The notes below the pieces were generated by a model that was not told the DNA's origin, made no database searches, and saw only the letters and a program-made list of their open reading frames with translations. Shown piece after piece: positions 19,501 to 20,000 of a stretch of DNA of 20,000 nt (within the stretch, counting starts at the first letter, position 1; each line of letters starts with the position of its first letter). The stretch spans positions 57,555 through 77,554 of the forward strand of contig QPGO01000275.1 of assembly GCA_008632985.1 (NCBI GenBank), written 5' to 3'. The position numbers were made by a program, and so were the translations under genes. The DNA comes from Psammoneis japonica (Eukaryota).

Positions 19501-20000
19501 GCATTCCAGCCCTGGGTGGGAGCTTGCAGTGCCGACGTGTGACACAATTTATTTTCATCATCCATTGCATGTTTCGCATGTGCATTTCTGCGTGTGACAT
19601 TCCAAAAAAATTGTCCAGACTCGCTGTTTTTGCGAAGCCCCAGACGTTTTATGTGACGAATTCATCGGAACTTTAATGCGCCAGTTACGTTCTTCAATGT
19701 CTGAAGAATGTAACTGTCCAAGTAAAAAATGATGTGCTTCAAGCATGGACGAGTTTGTGCGTTCACAAAATTGCCTCATTTTCTGTTGGCGATCATTGAC
19801 ATTTTCATTGCCTGACAATTTTACTGCGGAGCTCGCACGTAGAATTCCAAGGGCCCAATGTTACACGGATTCCCACCTGCGTCTGGAACGCATCATCTGT
19901 CTCTCCTGCATTGGCGGAGAGTGCAACGGGGAAATGATTCATGACCGTGTGGACTTTGCTCGACATTGTGGGGCAACACCAATGTGTTGTGTCAGCGGGA

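Noticed and set aside
19540..20000. Minus-strand ORF fragments at the window end
   Set aside because: Short and interrupted with no recognisable motif; cannot be assigned.

Overview
Eukaryotic, most likely pennate-diatom (stramenopile), transposon-rich DNA. Left to right it holds degenerate TE-like sequence (~600-4670), a CryptonS-like element whose single ORF fuses a tyrosine recombinase to a C48/Ulp1 peptidase (5610-8897, -), and a broken PIF/Harbinger/ISL2EU-type DDE transposase (~9523-12074, +) convergent with an XPG/Exo1-N + SWIM-finger ORF (12228-~13002, -). It then holds two decaying host genes (prolyl 4-hydroxylase-like; multi-SET-domain secreted protein) and the start of another TE-like ORF (18464+). 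The main signal is mutational. Multi-kb tracts (~600-4650, ~6750-11700, ~18460-19500) have lost almost all TpA dinucleotides and are rich in TG/CA. Proteins there have almost no Tyr, with Cys or His at conserved Tyr positions, including the predicted recombinase nucleophile. Paired repeat copies show TA versus TG directly. This suggests a repeat-targeted TpA->TpG/CpA (A-to-G on both strands) hypermutation process, opposite in direction to fungal RIP, with tract edges falling inside ORFs. All assignments were made by eye; no searches were run.
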